A DNA stretch of 64,000 nucleotides from an uncultured virus (IMG/VR IMGVR_UViG_3300044912_000278) (Duplodnaviria > Heunggongvirae > Uroviricota > Caudoviricetes), in IMG/VR virus record IMGVR_UViG_3300044912_000278; one strand, given 5' to 3'. The position numbers and the translations under genes are program-made. A model generated the notes under the pieces. The model did no database searches, had not been told where the DNA came from, and worked only from the letters and a program-made list of their open reading frames with translations. The stretch's first letter is position 1. Every line of letters starts with the position of its first letter. Shown here piece by piece: positions 18,852 through 30,700 of the stretch.

Positions 18852-19754
18852 ATGTCAATTTCAGGTTTAGGAGCAGTTGCAGGTGCGGGAATTTCAGCAC
18901 TTGGCAACGCAGGTAATTTATTAACTAACATACGATCAGCAACGTTGCCTAGAGCAGGCGAAGTAATTGGTGATTTTATGAGTGTAAAAGCAGCATTTGA
19001 TGATATGGGAATTGATGATTGGCGAGCAAGACTCACGTTGCCAACGTGGCCAAGTTTTAGAGGAAGTCCGGTATTAAAGCCATTAGTCGATGCCGGTGGC
19101 ATGATATTTCCATATACGCCAAACATTCAACTAGCAAGTTCTGCAAAGTACACTACGGTATCACCGATACATTCAAATTTTAATTTTCAAGCGTTTCAAC
19201 ATAGTGATCCGGGATCTATTACAGTTACTGCGCCAATGAATGTCGAGGATACTACTCAAGCATTGTATTGGATTGCTGCATTACATTACTTTCGATCAAT
19301 AACTAAAATGTTTTCCGGTAATGATCCAAAAGCAGGGAATCCACCGCCAATTGTAATGTTTAATGCATATGGAAGTTATGTATTTAATAATGTACCAGTT
19401 GTTATAACATCGTTTAGCACTAATCTTACTGCAGAATGCGACTATATTCCAGTTGCTACTGTTACCAGTAAAGCAGGATTAGTTGCAGGTATGGCAGATG
19501 CAGCAGGTCAGGTTTCTAATGCATTTGGATTAAACGGAGTTACTGATATTTTTGATGGTATATCTGAAGTTGCACAGTTAGCAAATTCATTAGGTACAGG
19601 CGGCACAAAAAAAGACGGGACAGCATATGTTCCTACTAAATCGTCGTTTACTATAACAATGGTACCTGCGTATAGTAGAACAAGTGCTCGCAAGTTTAGT
19701 TTAGATAATTTCGTCGCAGGCGGATATTTAAATAACAGTTTTGGATATTTATAA
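18852..19754 (+). CDS. Baseplate / tail-tube-initiator-like protein
   Basis: FPYTP, GNPPPIV, FNNVPVVITSF pattern of contractile-tail tube-fold proteins; first gene of operon. Confidence 0.55.
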   Translation: MSISGLGAVAGAGISALGNAGNLLTNIRSATLPRAGEVIGDFMSVKAAFDDMGIDDWRARLTLPTWPSFRGSPVLKPLVDAGGMIFPYTPNIQLASSAKYTTVSPIHSNFNFQAFQHSDPGSITVTAPMNVEDTTQALYWIAALHYFRSITKMFSGNDPKAGNPPPIVMFNAYGSYVFNNVPVVITSFSTNLTAECDYIPVATVTSKAGLVAGMADAAGQVSNAFGLNGVTDIFDGISEVAQLANSLGTGGTKKDGTAYVPTKSSFTITMVPAYSRTSARKFSLDNFVAGGYLNNSFGYL

Positions 19755-19755
19755 T

Positions 19756-20055
19756 ATGGCATCATATAGCAATACAAGTCCGTGGTTTAGAACCCCTATA
19801 ACACAAGGATATTTAGGTATATTAAAAATACGTCCGGTTGCAGAAGAAGTATCGGATTTTTTATATACGATTGAATCTCAATATACACATCGTCCTGATC
19901 TATTAGCGTTTGATTTATACGGCACTTCTGCATTATGGTGGGTATTTACGCAGCGTAATTTAGATGTAATACAAGATCCAATATTTGATTTTGTACCAGG
20001 AACGAAGATATATATTCCGCAATTTAGTAAATTAAAAATATCATTAGGAATATAA
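19756..20055 (+). CDS. Baseplate wedge protein, gp53/LysM-like
   Basis: RPDLLAFDLYG...LWWVF..RN...PG..IYIP; ATG at 19756 preferred over TTG 19741. Confidence 0.8.
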   Translation: MASYSNTSPWFRTPITQGYLGILKIRPVAEEVSDFLYTIESQYTHRPDLLAFDLYGTSALWWVFTQRNLDVIQDPIFDFVPGTKIYIPQFSKLKISLGI

Positions 20056-20056
20056 T

Positions 20057-22255
20057 ATGGCTTCAATACTTGACTCAGCAACAACAATGGTAAGCGACGC
20101 AGCGTCATCTGCAATTGATAGTATCTCAGATTTTGCATCATCAATTAGTACTAAATTTAAAACATTTTCAGAAATATCACTACCGATTGCAAATCCGTTA
20201 TTTGATTATGCAACATTTAATTACATATTAGGTATTGGTGTGTTAACAGATACTGATTTAGCATTTCCGGATAAGTCATACTTAATAAATCGGACATTAC
20301 CGTCAGATAAACCTATACCGCTAATTGCTAAAACTGCAGGAATTGATCCAAATAATCGGATTAATACTCCATACGGGAAGTTTGATTTTTTTATAGATCA
20401 TTTAGAACTAAGTGCAAGCATTGGATTTGAATCCGGTAACAACACAAATACTGTTCAGTTATCATTTGATATTCAAGAACCTTATAGTATGGGATTATTT
20501 TCTATAGCATGTAATCAAGCCGCATTAGACGCCGGCCATAAGAACTGGCGAGATGCACCGTTTCTATTAACAGTTGAGTTTCGCGGTAACACTGAAACTG
20601 GTGTACTTGCTAATATACCGGGCACTTCAAGGTATATTCCATTCAAGTTTACAAATATGAGTATGACTGTAAACCATACCGGTTGTGTATATCATTGTAA
20701 TGCAATGGCATATAATCAATCTGCACTTAGTACAAAACATGCTGTATTAACAAATGACATTTCGGTTAAAGGTAAAACAGTACAAGAAATTTTGCAAACA
20801 GGTGAAAAAAGTTTACAAGCGGTATGGAATAAACGATTGCAGCAATTTAAAGATGATAAAATTATAGAAGTTCCGGACGAGGTTATCATAGTTTTTCCAA
20901 ATGATATTGCATCAGAAAGCACAGATGCAACTGCTGATGAGTCAGGAGATTCAAGCGGCACTGCGACTACTGTAGGATCAACTGACATATATTCAAAAAT
21001 TGGCGTAACAAAAAGTGCAATTAACCAAACGCAAGTACAGGATCCTGCTAATTGTAATATGTTAGGTAAAGCGTCTATGGGATTTGGACAAGAAAAACCT
21101 GCAGATTCTCCATACGGAAAAGATAACAATGTTTATAATGAAGAATGGAAAGTGTATGTGCAAGCAAATAATGTTCCAGATTTTACAGTAAGTGATTTTA
21201 AATTTAGTCAAGATACTGATATTCCAAATGCGATTAACCAGGTTCTATTGCAAAGTAATTATCCGCACGGCGCATTTGATTCTAAAAGCATCACACCTGA
21301 AGGTTATCGTAAGTGGTGGAGAATAGATGTACAACTTTATAATGTATCATCTGATGCAAATTTAAAATCTACAGGAGTTAAACCTAAAATTATTGTATAT
21401 CGAGTAGTTCCATATAATGTACATGAGAGTTCCGGAGTAATGCCAAACAATGTTAAACCTCGAGGCTACGACAAAATGAATGTAGTTAAGGTATACAATT
21501 ATATCTATACTGGGAAAAATGTTGATATTAAAAAGTTTGAAATTAAAATTGAGAATACATTTCAAGCAATGATGAATGCTGATGCAGGTAAATCTTCACA
21601 AGACATAAAAGAAGCCGCTGAAAACGGCGGGTTTTTATCAAAAGTCGCTAATATGTTTTCGTTGGTAGGTACTGATCCAGAAGACGGTGTTACTCCTACA
21701 CAAACATCATATTCTACTACTAAAACTGACACTGATCGATTAGGCGGCGGTGGGTCTGAGACTGTTGCAAATCGAATAGCACGAAATTTTCATGATCAAG
21801 TATGTAGCGGAATGGATATGATAATGTTGGATATGGAAATCATCGGAGATCCGCATTGGATAGTTCAAAGCGGAGTTGGTAATTATACATCACAACAGAC
21901 TCAGTTTCCTACATTAAATGCAGACAGTAGTGTAAATTACCAAAGTGGTGAAGTTGACATTATTGTTAATTTTAGATGCCCGATTGATATTAATCAAGCA
22001 ACTGGCATGGACGATTTTACCGGTGGAGCACCGACATCAGAACTAATGCAATTTAGTGGACTATATCGAGTAAATCAATTAACAAGTTTGTTTAATCGCG
22101 GTGATTTTACACAGGTATTAAAAGGGCAGCGTAGGAAATTGCAAGAAGCAACAACCAAAGACGAGCCAGATCCATCATTTAGTACTGATAGTTTTACATT
22201 TGACGGAACACCGTCGATTGGATCGATAATTGATAAAGTAACAAACTTGTTTTAA
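20057..22255 (+). CDS. Baseplate hub protein (gp27-like)
   Basis: EIIGDP and SGLYRV...F C-terminal motifs; between gp53-like and gp5-like genes. Confidence 0.55.
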   Translation: MASILDSATTMVSDAASSAIDSISDFASSISTKFKTFSEISLPIANPLFDYATFNYILGIGVLTDTDLAFPDKSYLINRTLPSDKPIPLIAKTAGIDPNNRINTPYGKFDFFIDHLELSASIGFESGNNTNTVQLSFDIQEPYSMGLFSIACNQAALDAGHKNWRDAPFLLTVEFRGNTETGVLANIPGTSRYIPFKFTNMSMTVNHTGCVYHCNAMAYNQSALSTKHAVLTNDISVKGKTVQEILQTGEKSLQAVWNKRLQQFKDDKIIEVPDEVIIVFPNDIASESTDATADESGDSSGTATTVGSTDIYSKIGVTKSAINQTQVQDPANCNMLGKASMGFGQEKPADSPYGKDNNVYNEEWKVYVQANNVPDFTVSDFKFSQDTDIPNAINQVLLQSNYPHGAFDSKSITPEGYRKWWRIDVQLYNVSSDANLKSTGVKPKIIVYRVVPYNVHESSGVMPNNVKPRGYDKMNVVKVYNYIYTGKNVDIKKFEIKIENTFQAMMNADAGKSSQDIKEAAENGGFLSKVANMFSLVGTDPEDGVTPTQTSYSTTKTDTDRLGGGGSETVANRIARNFHDQVCSGMDMIMLDMEIIGDPHWIVQSGVGNYTSQQTQFPTLNADSSVNYQSGEVDIIVNFRCPIDINQATGMDDFTGGAPTSELMQFSGLYRVNQLTSLFNRGDFTQVLKGQRRKLQEATTKDEPDPSFSTDSFTFDGTPSIGSIIDKVTNLF

Positions 22256-22270
22256 CTAATTAGGATTATA

Positions 22271-23818
22271 ATGAAACACAACAATTTAGAATCATCACCG
22301 AAGTCGCAACCAGCTTCTAAACCAGGACCATTTTTAGCTAAAGTTATTGGGCATTTAGATCCTAGTTTTATGGGTGGATTAGAAGTTGAAATTTTAAGAC
22401 CAGTTGGGAATACCTCAGCTGAAGGCCAATTGCATCAAGTAAAATATATGAGTCCGTTTTATGGAGTCACTGGTGTTGATTACACAGTAAAAGAACCAGA
22501 TGATCACAATAATACACAGAAAAGTTATGGCATGTGGATGATTCCGCCTGATCCGGGTACTACTGTTGTTATTATTTTTATTGATGGAGATCCAAAGCGT
22601 GGGTATTGGATCGGATGTGTTCAAGACGAAAATATGAACTTTATGGTTCCTGGATTAGCCGGAACTGCAAATGCAGTTACACCAAAAAAAATTGACGGGG
22701 TAGTAACTCGATCGCCGGTATCTGAATACAATAAAAAATCAAATACAACTACCGGTGATGCTACTAAGTTTAAAAAACCGGTGCATCCTATTGCAGATGC
22801 TATGGAAAAAGCAGGTTTATTGCTAGACGACATTCGTGGAATAACAACTAGTAGTGCAAGACGAGAAACACCGAGTGCAGTATTTGGTATATCAACTCCT
22901 GGCCCATTAGATAAAAAAGGCAAACAAGGCACTATTGGAAAAAAAGAACACGAAATTAAAAATGCGTATGTAAGTAGATTAGGTGGTACTACGTTTGTAA
23001 TGGATGACGGAGATGATAAAGTTCTTCGTAAAACTCCGGCTAGCGAAGGAAAACCCGATTATGTTAGAGCAGACCAGGGAGAAAAAGGTGGAAATGTTGG
23101 TATACCGCACAACGAATTAGTTAGACTCCGCACTCGTACAGGTCATCAAATTTTATTGCACAATAGTGAAGATTTAATTTATATTGGTAATGCAAAAGGT
23201 ACTGCATGGATTGAATTAACAAGTAACGGTAAAATTGATATCTATGCAGAAGACTCTATTAGCATCCATACTGCTCAAGATTTTAATTTTTATGCAGGGC
23301 GAGATATAAACTTTGAAGCTGCTAAAAATATTAATATGAAAGCAGGTGCTGAGTTGCAAATCGAAGCTGGCAAAGATTTAAATATTGTAATTGGCGGCGA
23401 TGGCAAAGTTACAACTACCGGTGGACTTGATATTAATACTACTGGTAGTAATAAATTTACTGCAGCTGGATCAACTGAAATTAAAAGTGGTGGGAATCAC
23501 ATCGAGTCTGCATCGCAAATTCATATGAACGGGCCAGGCGCAGGTGCAGCTAAATCTGCTAAAAAGTTAAAGATACATGCATTACCTACTGAAGTAAAAG
23601 GTGGAACAATAAATTCAATAATGCGTCGGATACCAACTCACGAACCGTATCCACAGCATGAAAATTTAGATCCGTTAAAGTTTAATGCTAGTGCAACTAA
23701 CCGAGATATTGATGGTCGAACTGAAGGTACTAGTCAAACATTGAAAGAACCAGCAACATTATGGAAAATATATACATCTATAATAGAAACATTTAATAAA
23801 GTAAAGGGAGGAAAATAA
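22271..23818 (+). CDS. Central spike protein (gp5/VgrG-like; no lysozyme domain evident)
   Basis: N-terminal OB-fold motif (YGMW..PPD.G..V...F..GD...GYWIG), RTRTGH, beta-helix-like repeats; precedes gp25. Confidence 0.75.
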   Translation: MKHNNLESSPKSQPASKPGPFLAKVIGHLDPSFMGGLEVEILRPVGNTSAEGQLHQVKYMSPFYGVTGVDYTVKEPDDHNNTQKSYGMWMIPPDPGTTVVIIFIDGDPKRGYWIGCVQDENMNFMVPGLAGTANAVTPKKIDGVVTRSPVSEYNKKSNTTTGDATKFKKPVHPIADAMEKAGLLLDDIRGITTSSARRETPSAVFGISTPGPLDKKGKQGTIGKKEHEIKNAYVSRLGGTTFVMDDGDDKVLRKTPASEGKPDYVRADQGEKGGNVGIPHNELVRLRTRTGHQILLHNSEDLIYIGNAKGTAWIELTSNGKIDIYAEDSISIHTAQDFNFYAGRDINFEAAKNINMKAGAELQIEAGKDLNIVIGGDGKVTTTGGLDINTTGSNKFTAAGSTEIKSGGNHIESASQIHMNGPGAGAAKSAKKLKIHALPTEVKGGTINSIMRRIPTHEPYPQHENLDPLKFNASATNRDIDGRTEGTSQTLKEPATLWKIYTSIIETFNKVKGGK

Positions 23819-24249
23819 TGAGTTTATCAATGTATGATAGGATTACATTACCGGCATTTGCTAATAAACCGGAACTAGTAAAACCAAAAACTTATAAAGG
23901 ATTTAGTACAGTTAATACACAATCAGAACAATACAGCTTGTATGATTTTGAATTAATTAAACAAGATATACAAAATCATTTTCATGTTAGACAAGGTGAA
24001 CGATTAATGCAACCGAATTTTGGCACTATTATTTGGGATCTGTTGTTTGAACCATTAACTAATGAAATAAAAGACATGATTTTGCGAGATATTAACAATA
24101 TCATTAATTATGACCCTCGAGTACAAATTGGTGATGCAATAGTAACAACTTATGAAAGTGGGATACAAATTGAATTCTCGTTAACTTTTACTCCATATAA
24201 CGTTACTGAAAAAATAAAAATGCGATTTGATCAACAACAAGGCCTGTAG
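23818..24249 (+). CDS. gp25: Baseplate wedge subunit (gp25-like)
   Basis: GERLMQPNFGTIIWDLLFEP...YDPRV. Confidence 0.92.
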   Translation: MSLSMYDRITLPAFANKPELVKPKTYKGFSTVNTQSEQYSLYDFELIKQDIQNHFHVRQGERLMQPNFGTIIWDLLFEPLTNEIKDMILRDINNIINYDPRVQIGDAIVTTYESGIQIEFSLTFTPYNVTEKIKMRFDQQQGL

Positions 24250-24279
24250 CATAATAAACTATACGGTTTATGTTAATTA

Positions 24280-24286
24280 ATAAATA
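24280..24286 (+). promoter_or_regulatory. Late promoter motif ATAAATA
   Basis: 22 nt upstream of ATG 24309. Confidence 0.65.
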
Positions 24287-24308
24287 TCATTATTAGGATA
24301 ACATCATC

Positions 24309-27300
24309 ATGAGTGCAACTGACAGACAAAATAGATTATTAGTAGCTGAAGATTGGAAAAAAATATATCAATCATTCAGAAGTGCAGATTTTCAAAGTTA
24401 TGATTTTGAAAATTTACGACGTACAATGGTTGATTATATTCGCCAAAACTATCCAGAAGATTTCAATGATTACATCGAAAGTTCAGAATATCTAGCATTA
24501 TTAGATGTGATTGCATTTTTAGGACAAAGTGTAGCATTTCGTGTAGATTTAAATGCACGAGAAAACTTTTTAGAATTAGCCGAACGTCGTGACAGTATTT
24601 TACGATTATCGCAGTTAGTAAGTTACAATGCAAAACGAAATATTCCAGCACACGGATTATTAAAATTCACATCAGTTAATACAACACAAGACATATATGA
24701 CAGTAACGGCAACAGTTTATCAGGCCAAACTGTTACATGGAATGATTCGTCAAATCCAATTTGGTATGATCAATTTATTAAAGTAATAAATGCAGCACTA
24801 CCAGGAACCCAACGATTTGGTAATCCGGTAGATTCTTCCATTATATATAATATACCTACTGAGCAGTACACATTCCAAAGTGCAACTGCCGATGTTCCGA
24901 TTTATGCATTTTCTAAAACAGTTGCCGGTCGATCGATGAATTTTGAAGTTACTAGTACTACATTTGCTGGACAAGATTATATATATGAAGAAGCACCTAA
25001 ACTTAAAAATAGGTTGTCGTGTGTATATCGAAATGACGGACACGGATACGGCAGTGCAGGTTCGGGCTTCTTTTTCAACTTTACACAAGGTACTATAGGA
25101 CATTCACAATTTACAGTTGACCAACCTCGAAGTAACGATCTAATTAATATTGCATCAACTGGTATTAATAATACCGATGTGTGGTTATATCGATTAGATA
25201 AAAATGGAGACGAAACTGAGACATGGACGCAGGTACCAAGTCTTAAAGGTAACAACATTATCTATAATAGTGTTAATAAAAATATTAAAAATATTTTTGG
25301 TGTAACAACTCGTGCAAACGACGCAATTACTTTAAACTTTAGTGATGGTACTTTTGGTAATATGCCATACGGCACATTTAAAGTATATTATCGATTAAGC
25401 AACGGTTTGTCATATACTGTTAATTCAAAGGATATACGAAATGTATCAATTACTATTCCATACATGTCAAATATGGGACAACAAGAGTCATTAACCATTT
25501 CGTTAGCATTATCAACAACGATTACTAATGCCGAATCTAGTGAAACAAATGCTAGTATTAAAGCAAATGCACCTGCGTCATATTACACACAAAACCGAAT
25601 GATTACAGGCGAAGATTATAATATTTGTCCGTTAAGTGTAAGTCAACAAGTATTAAAAGTTAAAGCAGTTAATCGTTCATCAAGTGGGATTAGCAGATAT
25701 TTTGATTTAGTTGATCCAACTGGCAAATATAGTTCTACAAATTTGTTTGCAGATGACGGTGTTATATATAAAGATAATTATGAATCATACACTAAATTTT
25801 CATATATTAATAAAACAGATATCGAAGGTGTGATATACAATGTAGTAAATAACATCTTAACTAAATCTGAACTACGTAATTTTTATTATTCAAAATATAC
25901 CGATTTTGCAAAATTAGGTAGTAATTTGCAAGTTGGATGGAGAGCAGTAACGTCTGACGTAGTGTCATCTACTGGATACATTTATGATTTACAGGCCACT
26001 GGTGAAGTTTACAAAGTTGGTCCACAATATACAGTTTCTGATTTAAAATATGTTACCTTAGGATCACTAATAAAATTTGTTGCGCCTACCGGTTATTATT
26101 TTAATCTTGATAATCAAAATAAACTTGAAGAAGCTATTAGTGTAAATTATGCACCTAATACATCATTATACATTTGGGCTGCAGTTGTTGCTATAGTTAA
26201 TGACGGCCGAGCTAACGGTATTGGCGTATTATCATCCGGAGCAGGCCCGATTACATTAAATGTTAATATTGCCGATGGTGCAATCATAAGCCAAATTATA
26301 CCTAAATGTCGAACAACATTAGATTTAAATGTAATTAACACTATGATTGATTTAATTTTTGAAAATAAATCTTTTGGATTAAGTTATAATGCAGCACAAC
26401 AGGTATGGCAACTTGTATTTGAATCAAACATAGATTCGACTAGTCAATTTAGTTTAATTAATCAAGGTAGTATTACTAATACACAGAAAGATGCTAGTTG
26501 GATGTTGCTATTTACTACCGATAATGAATATTATACAATTACTAGTAGAGAAACTCGTTATATTTTTGAGAGTGACAGTCAAATTAGGTTTTATTTTGAT
26601 AGCAGTGAAAAGGTATATGACAGTAGAACAAATTCAGTAGTTCGTGATAAAATCAAGGTGTTAAGTATTAACAAACAAATATCATCGTATAATTCATATA
26701 CTACTGATTTTGTTTGGGATGTTGTTTCTGAATACATTGGGTTAGATGGGTATGTTGATAATAAGAAGATAGTAGTGTCGTTTGCAGATTCTGATGATAA
26801 TGGCATTGCAGATGATCCTGAATTATTCACAAATCTTGTGTTATATCAACAATATATATTGCAAGAAAAATATCAAATTTCATTAGGGCAAGAAGATTAT
26901 CGATATGTTGCAAATAACAGTAAAGTTTGGATAATTCCAGAACTTACAACAATTGGAGATGTAGGATTGTATTATTATATACCGGGATCAAATACCGTAA
27001 CTCAAGCATCGTCTACTGGTGTATTAGAACCTACATTGGATTACAAGGTGTATGAAGGTCGCGCGAATTTAAAATTTCAATATATTCATAACGCAAATTA
27101 TGAATCAAGAATAGATCCAGGTGTGAGCAATATTATTGACGTGCATGTATTAACTAAAGGTTATGATACTGCGTTTAGACAATGGATTAACGGTGCAGCT
27201 ATTTCTAAACCATTACCGCCGAGTGCAGATGAATTATACAATACACTCAGTCCGTCATTAAATTTAATTAAATCTATCTCAGATGAAATAATTTATCATG

Positions 27301-27746
27301 CAGTTAACTATAAAATATTGTTCGGTGCAACTGCTGATCCGGAATTGCAAGCAGTATTTAAAATTACAAAAACTCCAGGACAGATAATATCTGATAACGA
27401 TATTAAATCGCAAGTAATAGTTGCAATTAATACTTTCTTTAATTTAGACAACTGGGATTTTGGAGATACATTTTTCTTCACAGAGCTAGCAACATTTGTA
27501 ATGAATCAACTAGCACCAAAAATTTCAAATTTTGTAATTGTACCTCGAAGACAAGGTTTAAATTTTGGTAGTTTATTCGAAGTTAAGTCATTAAGTAACC
27601 AACTTCTTATAAATGGAGCAACGGTTGATGATATTGAACTTATATCCGGAATCACTGCAACTAATATTAAAACATCAAATGTAATGTCTCTTGATAGTAC
27701 AATAAATCGTCAATCTATAACTAGTTCTACATATGGGAATATCTAA
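24309..27746 (+). CDS. gp6: Baseplate wedge subunit (gp6-like)
   Basis: DFENLR, DFNDYIESSE, ENFLELAERR, FSDGTFG, TQNRMITGEDY motifs. Confidence 0.85.
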   Translation: MSATDRQNRLLVAEDWKKIYQSFRSADFQSYDFENLRRTMVDYIRQNYPEDFNDYIESSEYLALLDVIAFLGQSVAFRVDLNARENFLELAERRDSILRLSQLVSYNAKRNIPAHGLLKFTSVNTTQDIYDSNGNSLSGQTVTWNDSSNPIWYDQFIKVINAALPGTQRFGNPVDSSIIYNIPTEQYTFQSATADVPIYAFSKTVAGRSMNFEVTSTTFAGQDYIYEEAPKLKNRLSCVYRNDGHGYGSAGSGFFFNFTQGTIGHSQFTVDQPRSNDLINIASTGINNTDVWLYRLDKNGDETETWTQVPSLKGNNIIYNSVNKNIKNIFGVTTRANDAITLNFSDGTFGNMPYGTFKVYYRLSNGLSYTVNSKDIRNVSITIPYMSNMGQQESLTISLALSTTITNAESSETNASIKANAPASYYTQNRMITGEDYNICPLSVSQQVLKVKAVNRSSSGISRYFDLVDPTGKYSSTNLFADDGVIYKDNYESYTKFSYINKTDIEGVIYNVVNNILTKSELRNFYYSKYTDFAKLGSNLQVGWRAVTSDVVSSTGYIYDLQATGEVYKVGPQYTVSDLKYVTLGSLIKFVAPTGYYFNLDNQNKLEEAISVNYAPNTSLYIWAAVVAIVNDGRANGIGVLSSGAGPITLNVNIADGAIISQIIPKCRTTLDLNVINTMIDLIFENKSFGLSYNAAQQVWQLVFESNIDSTSQFSLINQGSITNTQKDASWMLLFTTDNEYYTITSRETRYIFESDSQIRFYFDSSEKVYDSRTNSVVRDKIKVLSINKQISSYNSYTTDFVWDVVSEYIGLDGYVDNKKIVVSFADSDDNGIADDPELFTNLVLYQQYILQEKYQISLGQEDYRYVANNSKVWIIPELTTIGDVGLYYYIPGSNTVTQASSTGVLEPTLDYKVYEGRANLKFQYIHNANYESRIDPGVSNIIDVHVLTKGYDTAFRQWINGAAISKPLPPSADELYNTLSPSLNLIKSISDEIIYHAVNYKILFGATADPELQAVFKITKTPGQIISDNDIKSQVIVAINTFFNLDNWDFGDTFFFTELATFVMNQLAPKISNFVIVPRRQGLNFGSLFEVKSLSNQLLINGATVDDIELISGITATNIKTSNVMSLDSTINRQSITSSTYGNI

Positions 27747-30700
27747 TGGTTAACAAAAAAATAACTTTACCTAGAAGTACAGCAACCGATACAAGCAACA
27801 GTGATAATACTGCAAATTTTTTACCTAGTTATTACCGAACAGACACTAATAAAAAATTCTTACATGCAACAATTAATCAGTTAACCCAGCCGGGTACTGT
27901 AAAAAAAGTTAACGGGTATATTGGTCGATTAAATGCTAAAGCATCCTCATCGGCTGATATTTTTATAAATGCGCCTACTCAGGTTAGGCAAAATTATCAA
28001 TTAGAACCTGGGTTAGTAATAACTGATAATATAGATAATACTGTATATCTAAAAGATTATCAAGATTATATTAATCAGTTGCGTGTTAACGGCGCAAATG
28101 TATTTGATCATTCTAGATTAAATAATCAAGAATTTTACAGTTGGGATCCACATATCGATTGGGATAAATTTGTTAATTTTCAAGATTACTATTGGTTACC
28201 AAACGGTCCTAATACTATTAGTATTAGTCATGCTGCTACGACTGACCAAAGTGTATTTACAGTAACGATTGATACGGCTGGTCTTGATTCTGCATATGTG
28301 TTTACACCTAATGGATTTAATAGAAATCCAACAATTACATTATATAGAGGAAAAACTTATGAATTTAACATTCATAGTACTGACAACGTGTTTAGTTTTA
28401 AAACTATTCGAACTGAAGGTACACTAAACCGATACATAACACCTACATTAGATAACAATTCAATTACTTCGGGTAAAATTATATTTACCGTACCGTATAA
28501 TGCACCGGATGTGTTATTTTATGTAAGCGAATCTAATATTGATCTTGGTGGCACAATTAGTATTTTAGATATTAACACTAGCGGATTCATTGATGTTGCT
28601 ACTGAAATTATAGGCAAACAATCATTCCAAATGCCAAATGGTAAATTATTAAGTAATGGTATGTGTTTATTGTTTACTGGTGAAGTAACACCGGCATTAT
28701 ATGCAACCGGAAAATTTTATGTTGAAGGTGTTGGCACTGCTATTAAATTAATTCCAGAGCGTGATTTAGAAATAATTGCACCATATACTACCTCCGAAAT
28801 GATTTTATTTGATGCAACCCCGTTTGATACAACACCATTTAGTGATGCTACTACATTTGCAGGAAATCCAGATTATATTGTAATTAACAGAAGCAGTACT
28901 GACAAAAATCAGTGGAGCCGATATAATAAATGGTTTCATAAAAGTGTAATTGAAACTAGTGCTGCAATTAATGGAATAACTGCAACTGTTGATCAGTCTA
29001 TGCGTGCAGTTAGACCTATTATTGAGTTTGATGCTAATTTAAAATTATTTAATTTTGGAACAACTGCAATTACTGATATCTCAATTATTGATCGGTATAC
29101 AACTGATGCATTTTCAACAATTGAAGGATCACTTGGTCACACCGTTGACAACATCCCATTACAACATGGACAAAGAATTATATTTACTGCTGATACTGAT
29201 CAATTAGTAGCAAACAACGTGTATCGTGTTGAATTTATTGATGTGAAACATACAACTGACGGATTCGGAGTTTCTAATAGTCGACAAATTCGACTTGTAT
29301 TAGAATTAAAACCATCTGAAAATCAAGTTGTATTAGTGCAACAAGGCACAATATCACAAGGTACTATGTTTTGGTATAATGGTAATACGTGGATTAGTGC
29401 GCAACAAAAAACTAAACTAAACCAACCACCATTATTTGATGTAGTTGATAGTAATGCAATAAGTTTTGGTAACGGTGCTGTATATCCAGGTACTACATTT
29501 AAAGGTACTTCTGTATTTTCGTACAAAGTTGGTACCGGAATAGCAGACAGCAAATTAGGGTTTCCTCTATCGTATAAAAATATTAATAACATTGGTGACA
29601 TAAATTTTAATTTTACATTATTAACTGATATGTTTCAATATGATCAATCAAGTAACACTATTACAAAAACAACAGATGTAGGATATTTAATTAAAACTGT
29701 TAACGGACACGTGAATTATGTTAACGGCTGGCAAACAAGTTCTGTATCAAATGTGCAACCAGCGGTTCGCATTTACAGAAATTCAGAGATGACAAATAAT
29801 TTTGATATAGATATTTTTGATACGTTACCTGCATTAATAGACATTAGTGTTCGCGTTTATATAAATGGCATGCGATCACCAGCTAGTAATTGGGTTATTA
29901 AAACTACGGCAACTAGCGTTACAGTTGGCCAAGTGCCGTTGACACAATATCAAATTGTGTTTAACACACCTGTGTTGTTAACTGATTGCGTAACTATAAA
30001 AGTGTATTCGCGTACTCCTATTAACACAAATGGGTTTTATGAAATTCCGATTAATTTACAACATAATCCACTAAATGGTGTACTGACTGAGTTTACACTA
30101 GGCGAAGTAATTGATCACGTTGATAGCATTATTGATAACATTTATACAGGTACATCATTTGTTGGTATATTCCCGGGTCTTAGTAATTTGAGAGATTTAG
30201 GAAATGTAACACAATTTGGTACAAAATTTGTTCAGCATAGTGGACCACTTAGTTTGCCAATGTATCATTTAACATCGGCTAACAATGTAATTAATGCGAT
30301 TGAAAAATCAAGAGACGACTATTGCAAGTTTAAACGTGCATTTATGGTGTTAGCTGAAACATTAGGAGTAGATACCCATCCTATTAATCATGTAAATTTA
30401 ATTTTGCGTACACTAAATGCAGATGTTCCAGCAACTGCTCCTTACTACTTTAGTGACATGGTACCATATGGAGCGTATTCGAAAATTGATGTTACTGTTC
30501 GTGACCCTGAATCTAATATTTTCTCATTATCTAAAGTGTTTAGTTTATCAGAATTGTCAACTTCGGCAGTTCTTATATATGTAAATGACCGGCAGTTATT
30601 GCACGGTAAAGATTATACGTTTAGCAATCAAGGATTTGTAATTGTTACTGCACTATTAAACGTTGCTGATGTAGTATCAGTGTATGAATATAGCACTACT

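Noticed and set aside
18710..19126. 138-aa minus ORF
   Set aside because: Antisense to 18852-19754 and crosses the divergent promoter region
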